A DNA stretch of 64,000 nt from Hyphomicrobiales bacterium (GTDB taxonomy: Bacteria; Pseudomonadota; Alphaproteobacteria; Rhizobiales; Beijerinckiaceae). A program made the translations under genes and the position numbers. Location: the NCBI GenBank assembly GCA_019247605.1, contig JAFBAS010000048.1, positions 2,843 through 66,842 of the forward strand, given 5' to 3'. Positions 42,333-51,451 of the stretch are shown one piece after another; position 1 is the first letter of the stretch, and each line of letters starts with the position of its first letter. Under the pieces are notes generated by a model. That model did no database searches. It worked only from the letters and a program-made list of their open reading frames with translations, and was not told the origin of the DNA.

Positions 42333-43227
42333 GGTTGGCGCCCAGGCGCAAGGCGAGGCGTCCGCCGAGGCGCCGGGAAGCCGCAGACGCCCATTCGTGG
42401 CCACGCTCGGCCGCCTTCTGCGCCATCGGCTCTTCCTCACGGGGCTTTGCCTCTTCGGCATCATCGTCCTAGCCGCGGCCTTCGCGCCAATCATCGCGCC
42501 CGAGGATCCAAACCGGTTGGCCATGCGCTTCAAATTCCTCCCGCCTGGCGCCGAATACCCGTTCGGCACGGATAATTTCGGGCGCAGCCAATGGTCGCGC
42601 GTCATCTACGGCGCGCAGCTCTCGATCGCCATGGGCCTTGCGGTCGTCGCGCTGAATGCCGTCTTCGGCACGCTCATCGGCGCGCTCGCGGGCTATTTTC
42701 GCCGCCTCGACGACCCGATCATGCGCGTCAACGACGCGCTCATGGCATTCCCGGCAATCCTGCTTGCCATCGGCATCACGGCCGTGCTCGGCCCTTCGAC
42801 CATCGATGCGGTGATCGCGCTCGCCATCGCCTATATTCCACGCACCGCCCGCATCGTGCGCGCCTCGGTGATCGTGCTGCGCGAGATGGAGTATGTGCAG
42901 GCGGCGATCGCGGCCGGAGCCGGGCATTGGCGCATTTTGCGCCATCACATCCTGCCGAACGCCATGGCGCCGCTCATCGTGCAGCTGAGCTTTCTGTTCG
43001 CCTATGCGGTCTTGTCCGAGGCGACACTGAGCTTTCTCGGCCTTGGCGCCGTTCCGCCGACCCCGACCTGGGGGAACATCATGGCGCAAGGGCGCCAATA
43101 CATGACGGAGGCGCCCTGGATCATCACCATTCCCGGCGTGGCGCTGATGATCACGGTTCTTGGCCTCAATCTTCTCGGCGACGGCTTGCGCGATGTGCTC
43201 GACCCGCGATTGAGGGTCCAGCCATGA
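42319..43227 (+). CDS. Peptide ABC permease (DppC-like)
   Basis: PFGTDNFGRS, EYVQAAIAAG, HILPNAMAP, SFLGLG.VPP.PTWG. Confidence 0.94.
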   Translation: MTPLEVGAQAQGEASAEAPGSRRRPFVATLGRLLRHRLFLTGLCLFGIIVLAAAFAPIIAPEDPNRLAMRFKFLPPGAEYPFGTDNFGRSQWSRVIYGAQLSIAMGLAVVALNAVFGTLIGALAGYFRRLDDPIMRVNDALMAFPAILLAIGITAVLGPSTIDAVIALAIAYIPRTARIVRASVIVLREMEYVQAAIAAGAGHWRILRHHILPNAMAPLIVQLSFLFAYAVLSEATLSFLGLGAVPPTPTWGNIMAQGRQYMTEAPWIITIPGVALMITVLGLNLLGDGLRDVLDPRLRVQP

Positions 43228-44192
43228 GCCTCCTCAAAGTCGAGGGCCTGACAACCGCGTTCAAGACCAGCCGCGGCGAGATCACTGCGATCGAGGATGT
43301 GAGCTTCACGCTCGGCGAGCGCGAAATCCTCGGCATCGTCGGGGAATCGGGCAGCGGCAAGAGCGTGACGGCGCTCACCATCATGGGCCTTCTGCCGAAC
43401 CCACCGGCTCGCGTCGCCTCGGGCGAGGTGCGCTTCGACGGAAAGGTGCTGACGCGCCTTTCCGACACCCGCATGCAGAAGGTTCGCGGCTCCGGCATCG
43501 CCATGGTGTTCCAGGAGCCGATGACCTCGCTCAATCCGGTGTTCACCATCGGCGAGCAGCTCATGGAGACCTTGCGCGCCCATGAGCGGCTCTCGCCGAG
43601 AGCGCAGCGCGAGCGTGCCGTCGAGATCTTGACGCGCGTCGGCATCCCTTCGGCCGCTCAAAGGCTCGGCGATTATCCCCATCAGCTTTCCGGCGGACAG
43701 CGCCAGCGTGTCATGATCGCCATCGCGCTTTCCTGCCGTCCTCGCCTTCTCATCGCGGATGAACCGACGACGGCGCTCGACGTCACCATCCAGGCGCAGA
43801 TCCTCGATCTCCTGATGGATTTGCGCGACGAGTTCGGCATGGCGATCATGATCATCACGCACAATATGGGGGTGATCGCGCAAACGGCCGACCGTGTCCT
43901 CGTGATGTATGCTGGCCGCATCGTCGAGGAGGCGCCGATCGAGGCTTTGTTCGAGCGGCCGACGCACCCCTATACGCGCGGCCTCCTCGAATGCGTGCCC
44001 TCGCTCGATCAGGACAGAGCGCGGCTTGCCGCCATTCCAGGCACGCTTCCCGACCCGGCGAGACGCCCTCGAGGTTGTCGCTACGCGCCGCGTTGCGCGC
44101 TGCGCATCGAAGCCTGCACGACCGCCATTCCGCCGCTCCTCGGCATCGAAGCTGAGCATGCCGCCGCCTGCATCCGGGCGATCCCGGCATGA
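43224..44192 (+). CDS. Peptide ABC ATPase (DppD-like)
   Basis: [51 protein letters not shown]. Confidence 0.95.
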   Translation: MSLLKVEGLTTAFKTSRGEITAIEDVSFTLGEREILGIVGESGSGKSVTALTIMGLLPNPPARVASGEVRFDGKVLTRLSDTRMQKVRGSGIAMVFQEPMTSLNPVFTIGEQLMETLRAHERLSPRAQRERAVEILTRVGIPSAAQRLGDYPHQLSGGQRQRVMIAIALSCRPRLLIADEPTTALDVTIQAQILDLLMDLRDEFGMAIMIITHNMGVIAQTADRVLVMYAGRIVEEAPIEALFERPTHPYTRGLLECVPSLDQDRARLAAIPGTLPDPARRPRGCRYAPRCALRIEACTTAIPPLLGIEAEHAAACIRAIPA

Positions 44193-45175
44193 CACCGCTC
44201 GTCGACGCCGTGGCGCTCGAGAAGCACTTCGCCTCGGGCGAGGGTGCTCTTCTCGCACGCCGCGCCGGCAGGCTGCGCGCGGTCGATGGCGTCTCGTTGC
44301 GCATCGCGCATGGCGAGACGCTCGGGCTCGTCGGCGAATCCGGTTGCGGCAAGTCGACGCTGGGCCGCCTGCTCATCCGGCTTACAGAGCCGAGCGCGGG
44401 CGCGATCTTCTTCGAGGGAGAGGAGATCACGCGTCTTTCGACGAAGGCGCTGCGCGAGAAGCGGCGGGCCATGCAGATCATTTTCCAGGACCCGTACGGC
44501 GCCCTCAACCCGCGCATGAGCGTCGAAGACATCATCATGGAGCCGCTCTTGATTCATGGCGCCAAGCGCGACGCGCCAACGCGTCAAAAGGTGAGCGAGA
44601 TGCTCGACCTCGTCGGCCTTCCGAAGCACGCCCGCGATCGCTTTCCCCACGAATTCTCAGGCGGTCAGCGGCAACGAATCGGCATCGCCCGCGCGCTTGT
44701 GCTACGACCGAAGCTCGTCGTTTGCGACGAACCCGTATCCGCGCTCGACGTTTCGGTTCAGGCGCAGATCGTCAATCTCTTGCAGGATCTGCAGAGCGAG
44801 CTTCGCCTCACCTACCTTTTTATCGCCCATGATCTGAGCGTGGTGAAGCACATTTCGAACCGCGTCGCGGTGATGTATCTCGGCAAGCTCGTCGAGATCG
44901 CCGAAAAGCGCGAACTCTACAGGAAACCGCTCCATCCCTATACGCAAGCGCTCATCGCCGCCGTCCCGGTAGCGCATCCCGCCAATCGCGCGAGCGCGCG
45001 GGCCGGCCGCGTCCGCTTGCCGGGCGACGTGCCGAGCGCCCTTCATCCGCCGACGGGGTGCCGCTTCCATACGCGCTGTCCTCATGCCATGGCGATCTGC
45101 CGAGCCGAGGAACCGAAGATCGCCGAGCCTGTGGCGGGCCATCACGTGGCCTGCCATCTCATCGGCCCGAGCTGA
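44189..45175 (+). CDS. Peptide ABC ATPase (DppF-like)
   Basis: [40 protein letters not shown]. Confidence 0.95.
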   Translation: MTPLVDAVALEKHFASGEGALLARRAGRLRAVDGVSLRIAHGETLGLVGESGCGKSTLGRLLIRLTEPSAGAIFFEGEEITRLSTKALREKRRAMQIIFQDPYGALNPRMSVEDIIMEPLLIHGAKRDAPTRQKVSEMLDLVGLPKHARDRFPHEFSGGQRQRIGIARALVLRPKLVVCDEPVSALDVSVQAQIVNLLQDLQSELRLTYLFIAHDLSVVKHISNRVAVMYLGKLVEIAEKRELYRKPLHPYTQALIAAVPVAHPANRASARAGRVRLPGDVPSALHPPTGCRFHTRCPHAMAICRAEEPKIAEPVAGHHVACHLIGPS

Positions 45176-45203
45176 GCTCAGAAGAAACCCGCTGGAGAAA
45201 GTC

Positions 45204-46808
45204 ATGGATGGCAAGCGTCCCACCGTCGCGTCGCTCAACGGCATCGTCGCGGCAGCGCACCCGCACGCGGCGCTCGCCGGCGCGCGCGTCCTCGCCGAGG
45301 GCGGCAACGCCTTCGATGCCGCCGCGGCGACCGCCGCGGCGCTCAACGTCGTGGAGCCCTATATGTCGGGCCTTGCCGGGATGGGCATGGCGACCTGTCG
45401 GATCGCGGCCGAGAAGCGCATCCGCACGCTTGATTTCGTCACGCGAGTTCCGAGCCGTTTTCCTCAAGGGAAGTTCAAGGAGCGTTCGGAGCTCGCTCGT
45501 GGCGCGCAAGGCTGCGGCACGCCCGGCAATCTCGCCGGCTGGTGCGAGCTCGTGCGCGCCCATGGGCGAAAGACGCTCGCCGAAGTCCTGGCGCCCGCGA
45601 TCAAGCTCGCCCGCGACGGTTTCCCGCTCGCCGAATACAATGTTGCGACTATCAACGAGGTGAAAGCCGAGTTTTCCCGCTCGCGCCCGGACCTGCTGCC
45701 CGAATGGGCTTCGCTCTACATGAGCGGCGCGGAGCGCGTGGGGCTGGGCGATGTGCTGCGCCAGCCGGCGCTGGCCGATACGCTCGAGGCGATTTCGTCG
45801 GAAGGACCGAGCTATCTTTACGGAGGCGCGCTCGGCCGTGCACTCGTGGCGAAATCGGAAGCGAGCGGCGGCTGCCTCAGCCTTCACGACCTCGAAGCGG
45901 TCGAAGCACGCTGGCTCGACCCCATCGTCGAGACCTATCGCAGGCTCAAGGTCCACACCCTCCCGCCTCCGGCGGAGTCCTTCCAATATCTGCTCACTCT
46001 GCGCATTCTGGAGGGGGTCGAGCTCGGCAAGCTCGAGCGCAATGGCGTCGATCACCTCGACACGGTTTATCGCGCCATAAGGCTCGCCGCGGGCGTGCGC
46101 ATCGCGGACAACAACCCCGATCCCGAGCGTCTCCATTCGCTCCTCGGCGATGGAAATGTCGACCGGCTGCGCCGGCGAGTGCTCGACGGGAGACCCATTG
46201 AGGGGCCGACCGAGCAATTCGTCGCGCCTCAGCCCGTGTTGATGGCGCATGAGCACACGACGTCGTTCTCTACTGCCGATGGCGAGGGCAACGCTGTGTG
46301 CATCACGCAAAGCCTCGGCTCGCCCTTCGGCTGCGGCGTCGTCGTGCCCGAGCACGGCATCTGCCTCAACAACTTTCTCAACTGGGGGGAAGTCGTCCCG
46401 GGCGGGCGCAATCACCTCGTGCCCAAGGCCGAACTCGCCTTGCCGCTCGCGCCTTCGATCGCGACGCGCGATGGTGACCTCACTCTGGTGCTCGGAACGC
46501 CCGGCAGCTCCGGCATCTGCCAAACCCAAACGCAGCTGATGGTGCAGCATCTCGATTTCGGACTGCCCCTGCAAGACGCGATCGATGCGCCGCGCGCAAG
46601 GCTTTGGGATGGCCGACGCGTGCAGATCGAAGCAAGGCTTCCCGCCGCCACACTCGACGCCCTGCGGGCCAAGGGCCACGAGGTCGAGACGCCACTCCCC
46701 TGGACGATGGCGGTGGGCGGCATGCACGGGATCACGCGCAATGCGAAGACGGGCGCGCTTGCCGGCGCTTGCGATCCGCGCCGCGACGGTTTCGTGGCCG
46801 CGATTTGA
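45204..46808 (+). CDS. ggt: Gamma-glutamyltransferase family protein (Ntn hydrolase)
   Basis: GGNAFDAAAA, VVEPYMSG, autoprocessing HTTSFS, LGTPGSS, DPRRDG terminus. Confidence 0.88.
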   Translation: MDGKRPTVASLNGIVAAAHPHAALAGARVLAEGGNAFDAAAATAAALNVVEPYMSGLAGMGMATCRIAAEKRIRTLDFVTRVPSRFPQGKFKERSELARGAQGCGTPGNLAGWCELVRAHGRKTLAEVLAPAIKLARDGFPLAEYNVATINEVKAEFSRSRPDLLPEWASLYMSGAERVGLGDVLRQPALADTLEAISSEGPSYLYGGALGRALVAKSEASGGCLSLHDLEAVEARWLDPIVETYRRLKVHTLPPPAESFQYLLTLRILEGVELGKLERNGVDHLDTVYRAIRLAAGVRIADNNPDPERLHSLLGDGNVDRLRRRVLDGRPIEGPTEQFVAPQPVLMAHEHTTSFSTADGEGNAVCITQSLGSPFGCGVVVPEHGICLNNFLNWGEVVPGGRNHLVPKAELALPLAPSIATRDGDLTLVLGTPGSSGICQTQTQLMVQHLDFGLPLQDAIDAPRARLWDGRRVQIEARLPAATLDALRAKGHEVETPLPWTMAVGGMHGITRNAKTGALAGACDPRRDGFVAAI

Positions 46809-46879
46809 AAACTCACTATGGACTTAGTGTCGGGGGCGCGCGAAAAATGCGTGCTGTCCTGTTCACGGGAGGAACTGCG

Positions 46880-48448
46880 ATGAAGAAACCTTGGCTTTAC
46901 GCGGCCGCTTGCGCGGTGTCGGCTTTGCTCGCCGCCTCGGGCCCGGTGCGAGCGGACACAACCCTCGTTATCGGCATCGCGGCGGACCCGACCGGCCTCG
47001 ACCCCGAAGCCGTGCTCAACAACACCTCGGGCTTCGTCATGGCCACCATCTATGACGGCCTCACGCGCTACAAGACGGGAACCACCGAGGTCGGCCCTGG
47101 GCTCGCCGAGAAATGGGATATTTCGGCCGATGGCCTCACCTACACTTTCCATCTGCGCAAGGGAGTGAATTTCCAGGACGGCACACCGTTCAACGCCAAG
47201 GCCTATGTGCAAGGCCTCGACCGCCTGCTGAACAAGCAAAGCCCCGATTCGATCTTCAACACCGGGCCGGTCGAGAGCATGATCGATTTCACCTATGAGG
47301 ATGTCGCTTCTTATCGGGCGGTCGACGACGACACGGTCGAGTTCAAGCTGAAGCAACCCTCGGCGGCGTTCCTGGCGAGCCTCGCCATGGTTTGGAACGG
47401 GGTGGTGAGCCCGACGGCGGTTACCAAATATGGCAAGGACTACCGCAATCACCCGGTGGGCTCCGGCCCCTTCATCTTCAAGGAATGGCGCCAGCGCGAT
47501 CAGGTTTCGCTCGATGCCAACCCGAATTATTGGGGTGGCAAGCCCAAGGTCGATCATCTGGTCTTCAAGGAATATCCCGACCCGCAGGCGGCTCTGCTGG
47601 CGCTCAAGCGCGGCGACATCCAGATACTCGGAGATGTGTCGACGCAGCTCGTGCCCGCGATGCGCTCCGACCCGAATATCGAGATCGTGACGCAGCCGGG
47701 TCTTGCGATCAGCGGCGTCGGTCTGCCTTGCGACGTCCCGCCTTTCAACGACAAGCGCGTGCGTCAGGCGTTGAACCACGCGGTTGATTTCGACGCCATC
47801 GACAAATCCCTGTTCCAAGGCCTCGCCGTGCCCATGAGCTCGCCCCTGCCGGAGAGCCAATGGGGCTTCGACAAGTCGATCCAAGGTTACAAATACGACC
47901 CCGACCTGGCGAAAAAGATGCTCGCGGATGCTGGGGTCAAACCGCCGCTCAAGGTCGAGTTTCTCACTTACAACTCGCCGCGCGGGTACAACCCGGCAGG
48001 TCCTGATCTTGCAACTGCCATCCAGGGTTATCTGGGGAAGGTCGGCGTCGAAGCGGATTTGCGCAAGGTCGACATGGGCGCCAATCTGGCAACTATCCGC
48101 TCCGGCAAATACCAGGGCATCTTCATGGTAGGCTGGACCGGGGACAATGGCGACCCGGACAATTTCGTTGGGGAGCTTTTCAACTCGAGCCGTATTCCGG
48201 TGACCAATACGCCCCGCTACAAGAACCCCGAAGTCGACAAGCTTCTCGATCAAGCGGCACGCGAAAGCGATCCGCAGAAGCGCCTCGCGCTCTATAGCGA
48301 CATCCAGAAGAAGATCCTCGACGACGCACCCTGGATTTTCGTGAACTCGGTGTTGCAGGTGCGCGCCATTCGCAAGGAGGTGAAGGGCTTTGTCCTCAAC
48401 CCGACGCAGATGTTCTTCGATATGGAGAAGGTCTCGCTCGAGAAATAA
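46880..48448 (+). CDS. Second family-5 ABC substrate-binding protein
   Basis: Signal peptide, IYDGL, LAEKWDIS.DGLTYTFHLRKGV.F.DG, PVGSGPF, PFNDKRVRQALN. Confidence 0.93.
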   Translation: MKKPWLYAAACAVSALLAASGPVRADTTLVIGIAADPTGLDPEAVLNNTSGFVMATIYDGLTRYKTGTTEVGPGLAEKWDISADGLTYTFHLRKGVNFQDGTPFNAKAYVQGLDRLLNKQSPDSIFNTGPVESMIDFTYEDVASYRAVDDDTVEFKLKQPSAAFLASLAMVWNGVVSPTAVTKYGKDYRNHPVGSGPFIFKEWRQRDQVSLDANPNYWGGKPKVDHLVFKEYPDPQAALLALKRGDIQILGDVSTQLVPAMRSDPNIEIVTQPGLAISGVGLPCDVPPFNDKRVRQALNHAVDFDAIDKSLFQGLAVPMSSPLPESQWGFDKSIQGYKYDPDLAKKMLADAGVKPPLKVEFLTYNSPRGYNPAGPDLATAIQGYLGKVGVEADLRKVDMGANLATIRSGKYQGIFMVGWTGDNGDPDNFVGELFNSSRIPVTNTPRYKNPEVDKLLDQAARESDPQKRLALYSDIQKKILDDAPWIFVNSVLQVRAIRKEVKGFVLNPTQMFFDMEKVSLEK

Positions 48449-48453
48449 GCAAA

Positions 48454-48497
48454 GGCCTCGCCGGCGGCCTGCAATTACGCGGCTCGCCGGCGAGGCC
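48454..48497 (+). terminator. GC-rich hairpin after the SBP gene
   Basis: 13-bp inverted repeat ggcctcgccggcg / cgccggcgaggcc just after the stop; no U-tract. Confidence 0.4.
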
Positions 48498-48668
48498 GAT
48501 CTCGATTGCCCTCGCCTCACCCGGCGCGAGCCCGGATCGCGCGATGAGGTCGCATACCGAGCCGAGCGGTCCGGAACCCGCGATCGACGCCACCGGTCGG
48601 CTGGACAGGCGCGAAACGGCGGGGCACAAGGCCGAGGTCACGCCCCCAGAGGCGCCGCGGAACGCGTC

Positions 48669-49079
48669 ATGAAACAATTCCTTTTGAAATTCTTCACCTG
48701 GTGGAACCGCCAGACCTTCGGCACGCAACTGACCACCTGGCTTCACGGCGAGCGCGTCGGGGAGGACCACCTCGGAAATGTGTATTACCGGACAAGGGGC
48801 GGAAAGATCGACCCTGCGCTCCGCATAGAGCGGCGCTGGGTCATCTATGCCGGAGAGGCCGAAGCTTCGATGATTCCCGAGGGCTGGAACGGCTGGTTGC
48901 GCCACACCGTCAACGTGCCCCCGTCAGAGGAGGCCTACACCCCACGCGAATGGCAAAGGCCGCATCAACCCAATCTCACGGGCACACCCGAGGCCTACCG
49001 TCCGAGGGGGTCCGTGCTGCGGGAAGGCGTTCGCCAGCCGGCCACCGGCGATTACGACGCCTGGACGCCTGGGGAGTGA
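48669..49079 (+). CDS. NADH:ubiquinone oxidoreductase subunit NDUFA12 homologue
   Basis: FFTWW, GEDHLGNVYY, RRWVIY, EASMIPEGWNGWL, PNLTGT, DYDAWTP. Confidence 0.93.
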   Translation: MKQFLLKFFTWWNRQTFGTQLTTWLHGERVGEDHLGNVYYRTRGGKIDPALRIERRWVIYAGEAEASMIPEGWNGWLRHTVNVPPSEEAYTPREWQRPHQPNLTGTPEAYRPRGSVLREGVRQPATGDYDAWTPGE

Positions 49080-49082
49080 CGC

Positions 49083-49388
49083 GTGGCTCAGAAATTCACC
49101 GCCCGCGAACCGGCCGTCGTCTCTGTGCTTTGCGAGGACGCGCGCACGCGCGTGACGCGCTACGACTTCGCTCCCGGTGCCGAGACCGGCTGGCACATCC
49201 ACCACATGCCTTATGTCGTCGTACCGTTGACCGATTGCGAATTTCTGATCGAAAGCGCCGCCGGCGAGGCGCGCGTGACACAGGAGGCAGGCGTGGCCTA
49301 TAGCCGCGATAAGGGAGTCGAACACAATGTCGTCAATGGCGGGAGGACTCCGATGAGTTTCGTCGAAATCGAGATCAAGTCCGCCTGA
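49083..49388 (+). CDS. Cupin domain protein
   Basis: RVTRYDFAPGAETGWHIH..PYVVVP...GVEHNVVN...FVEIEIK. Confidence 0.85.
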   Translation: MAQKFTAREPAVVSVLCEDARTRVTRYDFAPGAETGWHIHHMPYVVVPLTDCEFLIESAAGEARVTQEAGVAYSRDKGVEHNVVNGGRTPMSFVEIEIKSA

Positions 49389-49476
49389 GGCCGCCATCTC
49401 TCCGCCGCCTTCCTGGTGTTATGGGCGTCAGCGCTCCGCCTCCCGCGGGGCCGACCCGGGTTCAGAAAGGTGGCTG

Positions 49477-50139
49477 TTGGCACTTATGACGCCGCGAAAG
49501 ATAACTGCAGCTCTCGGTTTTGGCATGTCGCTTGTGGCACTACCGGCCCAGGCCGACAAGATCGCCAATCCGAGCGCCACTTTCGAAGGGCTTGACAAGA
49601 TCACCGGCCGCATCATCTCTTTCGACGTTGCGGTGGGCGAAACGGTGCAATTCGGGTCCTTGCAGCTCACGGCGCGCGTCTGCTACTCGCGCCCGCCCAC
49701 AGAGGCTGCGAATTCGACAGCCTTCATCGAGGTCAACGAGGTCACTTTCTCGAACGAATATCGGCGCATCTTCACGGGGTGGGTGTTCGGCTCGAGCCCG
49801 GGCCTGCACGCGATCGAGCACCCGATCTATGACATCTGGCTCACCGACTGCAAAGGCGGAAAGGACGTCATCGTCGAAGCCAAGGAAGAAGAGGAAACCG
49901 TCGAGCCCGAGCTCAAGGGCAGCCTCAATAAACCCGCTCCGCCGAAGGAGAAGTCGATCATCGCGCCGAGCGTCGCCACCAACGGCCGAATCGCGCCCCC
50001 GCCCGAGCTCGGAGTTCCGGTGCAAGCGCCTGTCGCCCGACCGACGCGCAGCTTCTTCTCGATTTTCGGAGGCGGCGGCGGGGGCGCGCCGGGCGCGCCT
50101 TTGCCGATCCAGCCGCGACAAAACGATAGCGGACGTTAG
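49477..50139 (+). CDS. DUF2155 domain protein
   Basis: Signal peptide, GLDKITGR, VQFGSL, IFTGWVFGSSPGLHAIEHPIYDIWLTDC. Confidence 0.92.
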   Translation: MALMTPRKITAALGFGMSLVALPAQADKIANPSATFEGLDKITGRIISFDVAVGETVQFGSLQLTARVCYSRPPTEAANSTAFIEVNEVTFSNEYRRIFTGWVFGSSPGLHAIEHPIYDIWLTDCKGGKDVIVEAKEEEETVEPELKGSLNKPAPPKEKSIIAPSVATNGRIAPPPELGVPVQAPVARPTRSFFSIFGGGGGGAPGAPLPIQPRQNDSGR

Positions 50140-50247
50140 ACGGGGCTCGAAAGCGGCTGGTATTCCCGCTTCCAAACATGGGCATTGCGGATGAAAGGCG
50201 ACGAGTTCGGTTGCTCAGCGCGCGGTCTGAGTCTCAGCCGATTCAGC

Positions 50248-50664
50248 TTATTGCAGCGCCCATCTCCCACGCCCGACGCGAACCGGCGCGCCGGAGGTCT
50301 TCGAATTCCTGCTCAGCACCTGCGATACCGAAAGCTGCGGGTTGCTCGAGCGAAATTTGACACCCGCCGCCTTGAGCTGTCTAAAAATTTCCGCATTGCC
50401 CAACGGCCGGTCACTTCGACGAAGAACACTTTTTATCGCCGCTATCAGCGTCCCGCCCGTTTCTTCCGCCTCCGCGCGCGAACCACCGTTCACTTTTTGC
50501 TCGGCTGCTGCGAAAGCCTGGCTCGTCGCTGAGCTTCTGCCCCGTGATTCTTCGTTCAAAACGGCCTCGAGCGCCTCGATGGCCTGATTGAGCTGTACAC
50601 GTTTTGCGTACAGGTCTTGTATGACGCTGGTGTAGGCGACCCTCCGCTCTCGATTCTTCTTCAT
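50248..50664 (-). CDS. Hypothetical protein: N-terminal coiled coil + C-terminal winged HTH (HARE-HTH-like)
   Basis: GAGG RBS; YTSVIQDLYAKRVQLNQAIEALE heptads; LIAAIKSVLRRSDRPL..EI..L...NP..SV...L....VRVGRGRWAL. Confidence 0.72.
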   Translation of the reverse strand: MKKNRERRVAYTSVIQDLYAKRVQLNQAIEALEAVLNEESRGRSSATSQAFAAAEQKVNGGSRAEAEETGGTLIAAIKSVLRRSDRPLGNAEIFRQLKAAGVKFRSSNPQLSVSQVLSRNSKTSGAPVRVGRGRWALQ

Positions 50665-50763
50665 CGCGTGTCCTCAATATTGTGGTATCGGCCGGGATTT
50701 AAAAATTCAGGCGAGCTTCGTCGGCGGATGCCGCCCGAAGAACAACGACAAGTCTCATGAAGG

Positions 50764-50818
50764 GAGATTTCACGAGATTTCATCTTTGCGAAATCTACGC
50801 GATCACGAAACCGTGATC
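50764..50818. promoter_or_regulatory. Operator-like array upstream of the wHTH gene
   Basis: GAGATTTCA at 50764 and 50774 (10-bp spacing), inverted GAAATCT at 50790, perfect palindrome GATCACG-N4-CGTGATC at 50801-50818. Confidence 0.45.
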
Positions 50819-51451
50819 AAGCTAATTTGCAGGCTTACTCCGATTTCGTAGCAACCACCAACATCGGTATCGATGTCGCGCAGCATGACGGCTCACTCAA
50901 ACCATTGTGAAATGGAGGTGTTTTCCTCGTCGTGTCGAGATCTCTCCGGGTGCCGCGACGCCGCGGCGCGTGATCCACAGGAGACCAATTCAAACAGGGG
51001 ACGAAGGCAAGGAAGAATATATTTGGGGTCGAGAAGAGAATCACAAGGAAAAGAAAGGTCCCCGCAAAGTAGCCAGGGATCGGGATCGACTAGGAGCATC
51101 GACAACTAGACAAAGTGCGCTGCGAAATCTATCTGCCGCGCGCTCTACGCTTCGCGTGCCCGAAATGGCGCGCTGTGGCTCCGCCTGGTAGTGCCACCCT
51201 TTCGGCCAAGAGCATGAATTAGAGATTTATCTGTGAGCAAGCGCCATCGCGAGCCGCTTTTTGCGGGGCAAGCGTTCCTTAGGCACTCCGCACGAATTCA
51301 GAGGCTGATGGGCAGGCACACGGTTCGGTCGACGGGTGAGCTTGCCCGATCGGCGGGTCAGTATCGCCCGGATTGGGCAATTTGCATTAGAGCGCCGCCC
51401 TTATAAGGCGCGGATTGAAGGATGCAGCGCTTTGAACGCAGAATTGCGCCG

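Noticed and set aside
46412-48520. 702-aa minus-strand ORF, and other long shadow ORFs such as 58725-60722, 3793-5235, 35130-36692 and 45159-46727
   Set aside because: Antisense to well-supported genes; expected in high-GC DNA; no recognisable motifs
50893-51191. Short ORFs on both strands in the gap (70-94 aa)
   Set aside because: No RBS, motif or codon pattern support; none resembles a MID/PIWI fragment by eye
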